Origin: Plasmodiophora brassicae
Taxonomy: Eukaryota
Length of the DNA: 64,000 bases
Assembly (NCBI GenBank): GCA_036867785.1
Contig: CP145418.1
Span: 496,001-560,000, forward strand
Reading direction: 5' to 3'
A program made the position numbers and the translations under genes. Shown here piece by piece: positions 11,186 through 22,988 of the stretch (the first letter of the stretch is position 1; the number at the start of each line of letters is the position of its first letter). The notes beneath the pieces were generated by a model that ran no database searches, was not told the origin of the DNA, and saw only the letters and a program-made list of their open reading frames with translations.

Positions 11186-12319
11186 CTACCAGTCCCACTC
11201 ATGGTCGAAGTGCCCATCGTGCCCGTCGTGGCCAAAGTGCCCGTCGTGTCCGTCGTGGTCAAAGTGCCCGTCGTGGCCATCGTGCCCAAAGTGGCCCTCG
11301 TGCCCGTCGTGCCCGAAGTGGCCATCGTGCCCAAAGTGGCCATCGTCGTGACCAAAGTGACCATCATGATCACCAAAGTGTCCATCGTGGCCAAAGTGGT
11401 CGTCGTGGCCGTGGTGCCCATCATGGTGCTCGTGCTCGTGCTCGTGACCGTGCATGAGCATCGGGTCGAACTCGTGCTCGTGGTCGTCGTGGCCGCGCAT
11501 GTGGTCGTGGTCGTGCACATAGACGGGCTCGTGGACGTGCTCGTCGTGGTGGTCGTGGTGCCCGTGCACGTCACCCAGGAACTCGTCGTGGTCGTGCTCC
11601 TCGAAGAACGTCGGGTGGTCCTGCTGTCGCATGCCGAAGTCGGCGTTCTCGTGCCCGTTGTGGGCGACCGGGTCCGCGTGGTGCTCCTCGCCCTCGTGCG
11701 GGTGCAGGTGCTGCCAGTCGTGCGGATGGACGCCCTCGCCGAACTCGAAGTTGTTGAGCTCGCCGCCGTTCGCGTGGCCCAGGTTGGCGTGCGTCGAGAT
11801 CGGGTTGTGGTCGTTGACGTGGTCGGAATCGTGGTGGTCGTGGTGGCCGTGGTGGCCGTGGTGATGGTCATCGTGCCCGTGCCCGTGGTCATGCTCGTCG
11901 TGCGCCACGCCGTCCAGGGCCTCGTGGTCGTGGTCGTGGTCGTGCTCGTGGTGCGCATCGTCGAGGTCGTGCTCCATGTTCTGGTGGGCGCCCTCGCGTT
12001 CGACCAGACGCAGATGCTCGTTGTCGTGGGCCAGCTCGTGCGAGTTGTCCATGTGCTTCGAGTACAGGTCCGAGTGGTCGTCAGTGGCCGTCACCGTCGC
12101 CGTCAGCGTCGCCGTCGTCTGCACGTTCGACTTGTCGTTGCCCTTGTGCTGCAGGATGTTCTCGCCCTTGTTCCTGTCGTTGGCGTTGACGTGGTTGTCG
12201 TTGTGGACGGCGCTGATGGCCCGGGCGCCGTGGGCCTGATCCCACCGGTCGTGTCGCTGGGCGGCGGCCATCGCCATGGCCAGCATCGAGACGAGCAGCA
12301 GACTCCGCATTGTTGTCAT
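11186..12319 (-). CDS. Secreted histidine/aspartate-rich protein (large family, copy A) with GHDGHF repeats
   Basis: Signal peptide MTTMRSLLLVSMLAMAMAAA, very His/Asp/Gly-rich body, C-terminal (GHDGHF)n repeats and strong C/G-ending codon bias. It shares the TATxTATxTATD..REGAH block with 22989-23819. Confidence 0.85.
   Translation of the reverse strand: MTTMRSLLLVSMLAMAMAAAQRHDRWDQAHGARAISAVHNDNHVNANDRNKGENILQHKGNDKSNVQTTATLTATVTATDDHSDLYSKHMDNSHELAHDNEHLRLVEREGAHQNMEHDLDDAHHEHDHDHDHEALDGVAHDEHDHGHGHDDHHHGHHGHHDHHDSDHVNDHNPISTHANLGHANGGELNNFEFGEGVHPHDWQHLHPHEGEEHHADPVAHNGHENADFGMRQQDHPTFFEEHDHDEFLGDVHGHHDHHDEHVHEPVYVHDHDHMRGHDDHEHEFDPMLMHGHEHEHEHHDGHHGHDDHFGHDGHFGDHDGHFGHDDGHFGHDGHFGHDGHEGHFGHDGHDGHFDHDGHDGHFGHDGHDGHFDHEWDW
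11200..11420 (-). repeat. Coding tandem repeat encoding GHDGHF/GHDGHD units
   Basis: Recurrent 9- and 18-nt units such as gtgcccgtc, gtggccatc and gtgcccaaa on the plus strand. Confidence 0.85.
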
Positions 12320-12673
12320 CGTGATCGTGGTGCTCTGATCCCTCCCTGCAGATAGGCGCACAGGGACGAGTGTTGCTGTTGCTGGGGGGCGAATAGATGC
12401 GGGTGGCCGCAAACGCTGCGCTTCGTTCGCTGGTGACGAAATATAAGAATGAAGGCTAAGCGGACATGAATCAGACTGGAGATGGCGAACGTTGCACTGG
12501 ACGTCATCTTGCCCAGTGTGACGTCACCGTCGCCGTCCCGGTCGTGAGTCACGCGCACCGACCCGGATCGAATCTTCGCCTCGTGACGCAACTGGGCCAT
12601 CGACAGGTGCATTGTCGCGGAGGCGTGCCCCAGTGCTCTGAAACACACTTAACTTATCGCAGAACGAAGTACC
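12320..12673. promoter_or_regulatory. Putative bidirectional promoter of two His-rich genes with bZIP-type motifs
   Basis: About 350 bp between divergent ATGs. Contains TGAATCA (12467), TGACGTCA (12519), TGAGTCA (12545) and TGACGCAA (12584). Confidence 0.5.
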
Positions 12674-12979
12674 ATGCGCCCGGGTGCCCTCTTTATCGGC
12701 ATTATCGTCGTGCTTGTCGCCACGACCGCGTTCGCCGGCGAGACGTCGATCACTGTGGAGCACGGCGACGGTCACGTCGACAACACGAACGAGAGCGGCG
12801 TCCATCACATTTTCGGCGACGCGGATCACAGGCAGGACGTTCGGCACCACGGCGCCGGGCATTCGGCGATCGACCACGATGGGGAATTCGGGCAGGAGCA
12901 CCGCGACGACGTTGCTGACGGGGACCATCACTGGCTGCACGTCGCCGACGACCTGCCGCCACATGTGGGGCATCACTAA
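12674..12979 (+). CDS. Small secreted His/Asp-rich protein (small family, copy A)
   Basis: Signal peptide MRPGALFIGIIVVLVATTAFA. The mature part VEHGDGHVDNTN..HHGAGHS..EFGQEHRDDVADGDH is paralogous to 25570-25887. Confidence 0.85.
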   Translation: MRPGALFIGIIVVLVATTAFAGETSITVEHGDGHVDNTNESGVHHIFGDADHRQDVRHHGAGHSAIDHDGEFGQEHRDDVADGDHHWLHVADDLPPHVGHH

Positions 12980-13979
12980 AATGAGTCTGACTGTTGGAAC
13001 CACGATTGGCTGGGTACAAGGTTCCCCTTGTCGTCAACTAGGTACGTGCGCAGACCTGGTAGACGCCCGTGTTCCGCACCGCCAGCAACGCCGCCTCACT
13101 GATCGGCAATCGCATCGTCCCGACCGGGTGTGCCTGTGGTACCCACCGCGATCTGAATGCGCCGCCCAGGTCGCCGACCGCGGGGCAATGCCCGGCATCC
13201 AAGAGTGTCCCGCATGGCGACGATGACGTTGCTATGCTCGCCTGCCATAGGGCTTTTGCTCTTTCGTTGATCGTTCATCGTCGGTGACGTAGGTGCGGGC
13301 GCGTCCTTGTTGTTTCCACGTGGGTGCTTGTGTGTGGTGTGCGCGATGCGCGTGCCCGTCCCTGGTGGCCAGGCCTTGCATCGGGGCGACAACGCGGATG
13401 GTTGTGGGCTCGCGAAACACCACCCGTCGTCATCACCCGACGGTACACCTCGGCGGTCTCACACGCAACGACAGCAGCAGCGGTCTAAACGCAAGGCGGT
13501 GGGTCCCAGGCCGGCGAGGATTCCCGTACTGGCTCGGCCCGTTTCGGTGGCATCCCAAGTTGGACAGAATGCCTGGGCCCCAACTACAGCGTTCACGGGG
13601 GGTCCAGCCAACCTTGACGTTTACTGCTTGGACGCCCTGTACCCCCATGCTCAGCAGCACATTGCGGTTTATCCCGGTGCGGTATTGTATAGTCGTTATC
13701 GTTCACCGTCAGACCCCGGCCTGCACAAACCCGGCTTGTACCGCACCCAGGCCTAAACGTCAAGTTCGTCGCAACAGGTAGGTGCACCAAATTCGGTTGC
13801 TGATGACCCTGCGACGCGACAATCTGCACTTTACGGTGTACGACTCATCGCAACTCATCGGCCCAGACGTGAACAGCGATGAAGATGACAATCATAAATC
13901 GCTTCGCCGTGGACCTGATCATTCCCAGCTAGCGTCGACTTCACGTGAGGCCGGATTCCGCCCCAACCCGCGCTTGATG

Positions 13980-14100
13980 TGCTCCTGCTATTGGCTGGCA
14001 AACAAGGCATGGGTTGGGGTTGACATCAACGATCGGCTTCATCGTGTGAAGGTAGAAGTCGTAAATAGAGCCGGTAATCTACAACTCTTTGCGTAATAAC
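13980..14100 (+). mobile_element. Degenerate piggyBac-like transposase fragment
   Basis: aacaaggcatgggttggggttgacatcaacgatcgg resembles the YNxxMGGVDxxD motif with small indels, followed by VVN.A.VIYN. It lies in a gene-poor region. Confidence 0.35.
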
Positions 14101-14660
14101 AATCTCGAATCCGTCTGCTGTTAACGGTCACAAGGAGTCCATTCTGTATGTGGGTCGCTCTCCTCGAGCGATTCTGGAACAGGGCGGCTACTGGCAATGA
14201 GGCTAACCATTGGTCGGATCACTCTATAGTTAGTTACGCTAGACGACCGTGTTCTGCGTAGAGCTTATGCAGGATATGGATGCCCTTGTATGCACGGCAA
14301 CGATGCATAACATCGTGGTGTTTTACAGAAAGAGCGAGCGAGCGAGAGAGAGCGACGCAGTATCGCCTTTCGTCGCCATACCTATTCAGCGCCAGTAGGA
14401 AACAACGCCATCGACGTATGACTGCGGAATGTCAAAGTCGCCGCTCACACTTCTTACACGAAACATCGCCATCCCGAGCATGCATCGTGGGCAGACTTTG
14501 TGCAGCGATATCCAGGGATCGACACATTGACGGTGGAAACGGTGACCACAGCAACGCATTGTTCGATATTCTGTATCACCAGGGTAAATGACGGGGCACC
14601 CGTTGGGACATCTGAAGGTGATTGAGATGGCGCGAATATGACGAACCGATGATTATTCCG

Positions 14661-15230
14661 TTACGGGTTGTCTTTTTCGCTCGGGAAGACTTCCAGATAT
14701 GTCATGGCATCCAGGATATCGATAGCAATGGCGGACCGAAGGGAATCGAGCGGTATATTCTTCAGCACTGCATCGGCAGCGAGCAGGAACTGGTGCATCT
14801 CGAGCGTGCAAGCTGCTGAAAGAAGCAATCTGAAGTTTACAGGCCGTCCGGCGTCAGCCTGGAGCTTATTGTGGATCCATGCGAGGGCATTTTCGATGGA
14901 CTATACATGACGGGTGTGCACGACGTTAGTTCATCTATTTGAGAAGAAGCGTCCACAGAGGATGCTTACCTGGTCGGTATTGTGCATAAAGTCAACGACG
15001 AGCAGCACCTGCCGCATGCCGATTGTGTCCATGGCTGCGTGATCCAGGCCGTTGCTGATTTCGCGTCGAATATAAGCGGAGTGGATGGCGGCCTGCGCGC
15101 TCTCCACACGATACCAAACATTTACATTGTTAGGTCGAAGCAGGAACGCGTCGCCAAGTACAATGAGACAAGCAATGAAGACTGCAACGTTGCGTAGTGG
15201 CGCGGGATCAACGTGCCGGTACGGCGACAT
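14661..15230 (-). CDS. Putative secreted SKP1/BTB-like protein
   Basis: A hydrophobic N-terminus (VAVFIACLIVLGDA) and intron 14901-14969 give a protein of about 166 aa. LRPNN..YRVESAQAAIHSAYIRREI, RQVLLVVDFM and LLSAACTLEMHQFLLA echo SKP1/BTB motifs. Confidence 0.6.
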
Positions 15231-15804
15231 TCTGGAACAGAACCTGACGTCGGGGCACAATAACGACAAACGGTTCGTACTTGGTCTGTCCTGCAAATTC
15301 GAAACTGGTCCGCAGCCTTCACGCAGCACGCGAAGTCAGGAGAGCAGGCCGGACTCCGCGCGCCCGCGGCCTGGCCGCAGCCCGCGAATCCCGGCCGGTG
15401 CTGCTTGGCCTTCTGCCCTCAGGCTAGTCTGACCACCACGGCACTGAATACCCTGCAAGGCGCGGTGCTGGCGCGTTTGGAGTGGTTCTGCAACACCTAT
15501 CCATTGCTGTCTCAATGTTTGGTATTGCATTCATAAACTAATGCTGAATATGTACCTAGGCGCCGGGGACTATAATTCGCGCCGGGCGGCATTCAAGGAT
15601 TACCTGGGGATGTCGTAGTGTTGAGTCGCCTGACAGGCACGCGTTCATACCCCCTAATAGGTAACGCCTCGGGGGCGGCGGTCAGGAACATTCCGTGTGG
15701 TGTGTCTATCTCGGGCCGTCCTCCGACCGACTGTCGCCCCTGCCCAGAAATAGGCACCGAACCGAGTGAAAGGGTGCGCCCAGTTCACTGAAGTCGGGGG
15801 GACG

Positions 15805-16750
15805 ATGCCTGTGACCCGTCTGGCATCAAGGTCCGGCCCTGCAACGACGTCGCCAAGGCCTGTCACGAGGTCAACAAGTCGGTCTGCTCGGTCGGCAAGC
15901 CCCGCCGCGAGGCTGGCAAGCCCTGTTACGAGGTCAAGACGCGAGCGGGCGCCGCGCGTCGCGTCGGAGGATGCGACGCCGCCTCGTCAGCGCGTGCGTG
16001 CCTCGGTCGATCCGGCACGTCTGCACAGGGCGCTCAGCGAGCGCTTATACCTGATCGGCCGCCGGGACTCGCCAGATGACCTCGCTGAAACGGATACCCT
16101 TGTGGGTGCCTCGCAACCTGCATCCTGTCACGTTGGGATCGCCGCTCATGGACGACGGTTCTCTGCAGGTGTACATCGTCCTCGGCACGACCGGCAATGT
16201 TTACTATCCCACGTTCTCCAGGGCGAAAGCGCCGACGTGCACGTGCCGCGACAATCGTGTGAGGAGAGTCCCATGCAAGCACATCCTGTTCGTCCTGCAT
16301 CGCGTCTTGAAATTGCCACGATCGGCCGACCACCGTGACATCGACGGCATGCTGGCCCAACGTAACCGGGACGATATCAAGAAGGTCCTGGCACCCGATG
16401 CGGTCCGAGAGGGGTACCTGGAACAGACCGGGTTCTCGCTCGACGACGAACCGTCGCTGGGACCCCAACGCCAACGCGTTGCCGAGGGGGGCCCGCGCCC
16501 CCTCGACAGAGGCGAGGATTGCCCGATCTGCTACGAGGACATGTCGAGCGACCCGCCCGGCCAGCTCGTCTGGTGCACCGCCTGCCGACGCAGCATGCAC
16601 GTGGACTGTTTCGGCAAATGGCGAGACGTCAAACTCAAAGGCCACGAGCCCGTCACCTGCGTCTACTGCCGGCAGCCCTGGCACGCCAGCATCGGTTCCG
16701 CCCCGTTCAAGCGCAAGCCCATGAACCTGGAAGAGTACCTTCGCGAATGA
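15805..16750 (+). CDS. SWIM zinc finger + RING protein (ZSWIM2/MEKK1 N-terminus-like)
   Basis: RALSERLYLI, VLGTTGNVY, SWIM CTCRD..PCKHILFVL and RING CPICYE..CTAC..HVDC..CVYCRQPW. Intron 16102-16168. Confidence 0.88.
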
Positions 16751-16875
16751 CCAGGAGCCCTGCCGTGGAACGCAACGGGCAGCACATGCTGAACGTGGCG
16801 TTCCAGCCAACGAGCCAGGCGGCGCGGCATCGGTGTGCCAGACGTACTCGTCGGCACGAAGAGGGCGCGCGATTG

Positions 16876-18171
16876 CTATGGCACGTCTAGGTCATATATG
16901 TCATTGTCGTCGCGCCTGGATCCCGCCATTGCGGACGTCGTCTGCCCTCTGCGTGTCCAGGCGCTCTTGACGCGTCGGCTGGGTGCAACCGTGGCCCCTG
17001 CCACCGCTTCCCTGGTGACGCACGGGTCCAGATCGGACGACCGCCTTGGGCCACCACCAACGCCTCCAGCGACCCTGAATGGTTCTCTATTGGCGGTGCC
17101 CAGCGTTCGGCCGCTGCCCTTGCGTAGGGTGCCCGAGTTGTCGACGCGTTGGTTGCCCTTGTCGGCACTGACGGTTGCGACCCGTTGCCCGGCTGTGACG
17201 CCAACCGCGTCCAGCGCGTTGGACGCCTTTGTGATCCGAACCGGTGGTGGTCGACCGCTGCCGGCCTTCGGGAGCTTCGTCGCGTCGCGATGGCGGCGGA
17301 TGCGTACCCAGACGGTCCCAGCGAGGCCGATCGCCACGGTCTTCGTCGCCAGTTGCAGGATCAGCGTCAGGACGTGGCTGACGCGCAGGGCAGCAAACAC
17401 GATGATGGCGATCCCGGTCAGAGCGGTCATGGCGAACGACATCAGCATGAGCGTCAGCACGGCCAGGTTGCGGGTCGCCTGCGCGTTCGTGTCCCTGGCG
17501 AACCTGCGCACCGTGTAGACGCCGATGACGAACATGCCGGCAAAGTTCACGAACACGGGGACGCCGATCGCGAGAGAGTATCCACTACGTTTGCGTCGTC
17601 CATCAGGTGCGACCGGCCACGGTCGTTGCTCACAGGCAGCCCTGACCTGGACCCTGAAATGCACGAGAACCCGAATCGTTTCGGTGTGTCGCCCGACACG
17701 AGGTTGATGATGGAGAGGGTCTGCAGGCAGAGAGCGTCAGGTCGTGTTCCAGCGTCCGCATCAGCCGGGCGTACGACGAAGAGGACGTTCTGGGCGTACA
17801 GGGCCGCCTTGAGCCATCTGGAGGCGCGCGCGCTGCTTTGATAGAAGATGGCCATCCGCGCGTGGTACAGGTTATAGTCGCTGAGCTGGCGGGCCCCAGT
17901 CATCAGCAACGTACGGCTGGCCAGCTGTGGCGAACGCGTCGCGACCCACAGCGAACAGCGCTTCGTGCATGAAGAAGGCGCACACGGTCGGTTCGACGGC
18001 CTCGGCGACGGTCAGCAGCAGGGTGGCCACCGCCGTCGCCAGGTTGACGCCGGACAGCACCACCGGGAACGCCGACCGGGGCGCGTGCGTGTACCGCATC
18101 GTCGTGAACGCCGCCAGCGCCGCCAGCAGGACGGCGACCTGCAGGTTGGCCCAGGTCGTCAGCCATGACAT
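16876..18171 (-). CDS. Multi-pass membrane protein, possibly GPCR-like
   Basis: Several hydrophobic helices across exons (LQVAVLLAALAAF, GVNLATAVATLLL, LAIGVPVFVNFAGMFVIGVY, LAVLTLMLMSFAMTALTGIAII) and a hydrophilic C-terminal tail. Confidence 0.55.
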
Positions 18172-18296
18172 CGATGGATTCGACCATCGGGTACGCTCGT
18201 ACCCGGGGCTCGCCTGCCCGCCTGCCCAGATCAAATCGTCCACGCGCGCGACGTACGTCGGTTACGGGATTGCATTGTCGGCGGCGCGCAACGCCC

Positions 18297-19700
18297 ATGA
18301 GGCGGTCGTTGGTGCGTCGCGTGGCAGCGGCCGCACCGGCCGCGTGGTACCTGTTGCGGCCGCGGCCGGCGCGATGCGATGACGAAGGGGCGGCGCCCGG
18401 GCCCGACTACATGACGCGGGCGTACGAGATCGCGTCGCCCGCCGTCGTCAACATCCAGTGCGAGTGTCGGCGCTTCCTGCGCGAGTACGTACCTACGTCG
18501 CTGGGTCGGTACCCGTCGTCGCGTGCGCCTGACGACCGGCCTCGTCCGAACAGGGTCGCCGTTGGCAGCGGCGTGATTGTGGGCGAGTCGGGGCGGGTGG
18601 TGACCAATGCGCACGTCGTGGCGAACTGTTCGACGCCGCCGGTGATCACGGCCGAGGACGGCCGGCAGTTCACAGGGCGCCTGGTGGGGTTCGACCAGAT
18701 GACCGATCTGGCGCTGTTGCAGATCGTCAACGAGACCGAGGGGCAGGTAACCGCACGCGCGTCACGCTCGGATCGCACATGACGGGTGGGCCCCTGGACT
18801 GACCGTCCCTGTGGAAAGACGTTCCCGGCTGTGCAATTTGCCAATTCGGATGCGGTTCGCCCTGGTCAGATCGTGCTGACCATCGTATGATCCTGCCCGT
18901 GTCGATATGTCCTGCCATACAGGTAGCCTGTTGACACGTTCCCACAGGGGTCGCCATTGCTGCTGCACACAACGGTGACGCATGGGATCATCAGTGCTGT
19001 CCAGCGCCAGAGCGCAGAACTGGGCCTGTCCAAGAGCCACCGGACCGACTACATACAAACGGGTTGGTTCGCTGGCCGCAGACGCATGTCGTTCTGTCTG
19101 AGCGTCGCGCTAGACGCTCCCATCAACTCGGGAAATTCGGGCGGCGCGTTAGTCGACCTCAACGGGCGCTTGGTTGGCATTACGACGATGAAGGCGCCGT
19201 TCGCTGCTGGCATCGGGTTTGCAATCCCGACCAATACCGGTGACAGGCGCTGCATATACCCGAGATGATTGCATTCTCACGCGTGCTCCAGTGCGGGCGA
19301 TTATTGATCAGCTGGAGAAGAACGGGCGCGTCCTTCGTCCATACCTTGGATTCGCAATGGTGACGTTGACGCCGGCGATCATTGCCAGGGAGCGCTCCAT
19401 CGGCGATTTCCCCGATGTCAAGGCGGGCGTTCTCGTGACAAATGTCGCGCCGTATTCGCCCGCCGATCGTAGGGAACGCTCGTCCGGCCCCAGATGTGCA
19501 CACCATCTCACATTGGTGCAGGTGCAGGGTTGCTCGCTGGCGATGTAATTGTTGCCGTTGATGGCGACCCCAGCATCAACAGTGTGAGGCTGCTCCTGCA
19601 ACATCTTGGGTTCGAGTCCCAGCGCGCGGTCACGTTCGATGTGCTGCGAAATCGAGGCCAACGGCTACGATTGTCCGTCACGCCTGTACCTCGGGAATGA
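18297..19700 (+). CDS. HtrA/DegP-type serine protease with PDZ domain (mitochondrial HTRA2-like), multi-exon
   Basis: [39 protein letters not shown] and PDZ ([17 protein letters not shown]). Arg-rich, transit-peptide-like N-terminus. Confidence 0.92.
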
Positions 19701-19742
19701 TGCTGTGTCCAATGAACCAGAACGAACCGCGCGTGAAAGTAT

Positions 19743-20327
19743 TTAGAAATCTAGGTCCACATCCGCTAGGTCCAGATTATCAATCCACGACAGCAGCGCC
19801 CTGCCTTCGTTGTCGTCCTGCGCGGCGTCTCTGTACGTTGACCGACTACAACTGTCCCGGGCACTATTTCGACTCGAGCGATCGCTGGCACGCCCAGAAC
19901 GTGCACTGGATCGTCCCGATGGTCGACACTCCTCCATTCGGACTGATGGCCGTCGCTGGTCGCGACGAATGTCTTTCCGACGTTTCGGTCGGACAGGAGG
20001 GTCGCCGCCTTCGGGCACGGTCACCTGTTCAGTAACGACGACATCGTCATGTGTCTGAAGGGCGTTGAGCACGTTTGCCCTAGCGAGGTCACGCTGCTTC
20101 TTGAGTAGCTCCTGAACATTCGAACGTCAGGGTGATGGATTCGCGCCGCGCGTTGGGACATGGGGCAACCAGTTGTTCGTGTTCGACCTGTTGCAGCATG
20201 CTGGCTAGACGGTACTCTCTCCATGGGCCGATGTGCATGCCTGGCAGTCAGCGCCAGCGGCTGCGATGGGTTCCGCCACGCCTCCGAATACGGGTTGACG
20301 TATACCTAGAGTACCTACGATCCGCAT
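19743..20327 (-). CDS. Hypothetical protein, spliced
   Basis: Open exons with GT-AG introns (HIGPWREYRLASML; C-terminal LLSWIDNLDLADVDLDF). No family recognised. Confidence 0.4.
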
Positions 20328-20418
20328 TGCTAAAGAATATCGTTCCAGGTCTACCGCGACGAACGAGACCTGAGAAACGGCGTTGACGTTATTAGGACTA
20401 AGAAATCTCTCCAACCGC

Positions 20419-22746
20419 TTACGACACGACGGCTGCTTGACGATAGGGGTTGAAGCGCGCGTTGACCATGTTGACGATGGCGGGATCGGGGTCGTCGGAG
20501 CGGTTAACATACAACGCCCATGCACTCATCATCTTGATCTCCGACTGCTGATCCTCAACGCTGTGCATACCTGGGCGACAATGAGAGATACTCCCCAGAG
20601 AGTAAGTAATCTGCTGAACTGACCAAAGATGACGCCGGCGTTTCGGTATACTTCCGGCTGGATATGACGTTTGGAGTACGGGGCATCGACAAAGACGGCT
20701 TCAGCAAGGGACGCAGCCAGGGCGACCACCTTCTTCGATCCTGGAGGAGGCCCTGAAGCAAGCACTTTGGAAGAACGTGAGTCGACCAGGGTGCCTGCGA
20801 CAAGATGCAAATACAACACCGGCAGCGTCGTTGAATAACGCTAGTTTGCGACTCCAGATGTCGCTGTACACAATGTACTCCCACAGGTCAGGCGTCAGCT
20901 GACCGCTTCCAATCTCTGGCAGATCCGGCAAGCTGCGTATAGCCCTCCTAATAAGCTTCAGCCTCTGCGACTTTGACAGCGGTTGACGTCGCGAGGAGAC
21001 GTAATTGCAGATGCCACTTGGAACCACCTAAAGTGGGAAGTATTATAACCTGGACACTAACCCAGGCAAGGTGGCCTCACCTCGTAGGAATCGAGTTGCG
21101 ATGTGTCGCCTTCTTTCCAATCGCCGCAGAGATAAATGGGAGCACGGCCCCAGTTCGCATCGAGGAAATCCTTCATGGAGAAACCGCCGGGTACGAACGG
21201 GTGATAGATAAGCCCAGGGAACGCCACATCGGGATAATGATAGCCCTGCCTTGGGATGAACCAGGGCCACGACATCAACTGAATGCTGACCAGGGACAAG
21301 TCATGCCGTCGTCCCTCGCACCCATAGAGATACTTGACGGCATTGTTGTTCAAATCACCATTGAGGAGTACAGTTGCATTGGCGGGCATGGAATTCAGAA
21401 TGGATTCCCCATACGCAGAGATGGCACTGAACCTGCTGAAGTCGCGGTTCTGCATTCCCATGCCGACGTGTACTGCGAGAGCGCCGATACAGATCGCATC
21501 AATCAGCTTTCCGACAGTATGTCGAGCCCAATGCCAGCCGTAGCCGGCCAGAAGAAACACGATCATGTTCGGTTGCATCCAGAAGCGCATCTGGACCCCC
21601 AGCATGAAATGCGTCAAGTCGAGGTTCGCCAAAGAATGGAACACAACGACATAGACAGCATATGCGAAGAGGAAGGCTGTTGCAGAGCTAACCCGGCGCC
21701 TGCTATCGCGAGCGAAGATGGCGAACGCACCAGCAGCAGCCAGGATGGAGAAGACGTACACGGATTCTTTCAAAAGGTACTGTAGATAGACAGCAAGCCG
21801 GCGTAGCAGCGGATGCTTCGAAGCGATTTCGTCTCCACCGAGCTGAAGCGTTCCGTACTGCGAGTTCATGGTTCAGACATCCGCACGCAGCGTACTACGA
21901 AACGCGGCTGACCTCTTGGCGAAGGACGTGCTTAACGAACCCTTGAAGGGTTGTTAAATCTCCCCACGAGTCGACAGGGCTCGTTGACGAAGAAATATAC
22001 AGCAGGCCGTAGGGCGTCAGACCCGCAAGGAAGCTAGCAGTCATGGCCGCCAGAGCCGACGGTTTCACGAGCATCTTCCATTCGGCCGCGATCAACGTCG
22101 TTGCAATCGGGGCGACGAACAGCGCAGTCGTATGCTGATTGGTCAGCGCCAACCCAGACATGAAGGCGCAGACGGATGCGCGCCATATCGATGGCGCGTC
22201 GAACACCCAGATCGTGAGGCGCAGTAGAACGGAGACGAATGCCAAGTGCAGCGCAAATACTTCAGCCTGGCCAGAGTACAACCATACAGTTGGGGAGAAC
22301 GCGAACGTCAGCGAGGTGACATAGGCGACGAATGCGGATCGCGTCATGGCGAATATGGAGCTGAACAGAACAGTCGCACTGATCGACGACAGCACGACAG
22401 ACAGAAGGTTGAACACCAATGCGGGCGTCACCGACTCTGCATGGGGCAAATGTGCCGCTAATCGCCACGCGCCGTGGTACATCCAGGTGAACGTCGGGTA
22501 ACCGGGCGGGTGGGCGACGCCCAACTGGCACGCCGACACGGCCAGCTCGCCGGCGTCGCCGCCCGATATCCCCCTCGACATCGTCGAGACGTACACAGCA
22601 AAGCAGGTGGCAAACACCGCCCCTCCCGATACGTACGCTGCGGATACATAGCGCCCAGGGCGTTTCACACCAGCAGTCGGCAGTCCCTCCAACCGGACGA
22701 CACCCTGTCCCCGGTCGGCTCCCGCGAGTCTCTTCGCGACCGCCAT
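20419..22746 (-). CDS. TMEM260: TMEM260/DUF2723 protein O-mannosyltransferase-like membrane protein, multi-exon
   Basis: ISGGDAGEL, LGVAHPPGYP, QAEVFALH, LTNQHT, SWGDLTTLQGFVKHVLRQEYGTLQL, RFWMQPN and NGDLNNNAVKY. Confidence 0.9.
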
Positions 22747-22988
22747 CGGCCTCCCAACGGGCCACACGAATCGCAAATGGCGGGTCACAAAAACGCGTCC
22801 TCCCACGATACAACCAGCTGGGTGGGTAACAGGCTCGCGAGAGTTCGGCTAGATAACGGTTGGAATTGAGCAGGAGGACATACTTCGTGTGACGTTAAAA
22901 TGTACAGGAGACGTTGTATTTGGATGCCATGATGGTGACGGGGGCGGGATCGACAATATAAGATCGCGACCGTCATGCTGCCCAGCGG

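Noticed and set aside
11162-12355. 397-aa Val-rich ORF on the plus strand and 272-aa Thr-rich ORF on the minus strand
   Set aside because: These are antisense and alternate-frame shadows of the His/Asp-rich gene, produced by CAC/GAC codon repetition.
14329-14354. (GAGC)n/(GA)n short repeat
   Set aside because: Ordinary short microsatellite.
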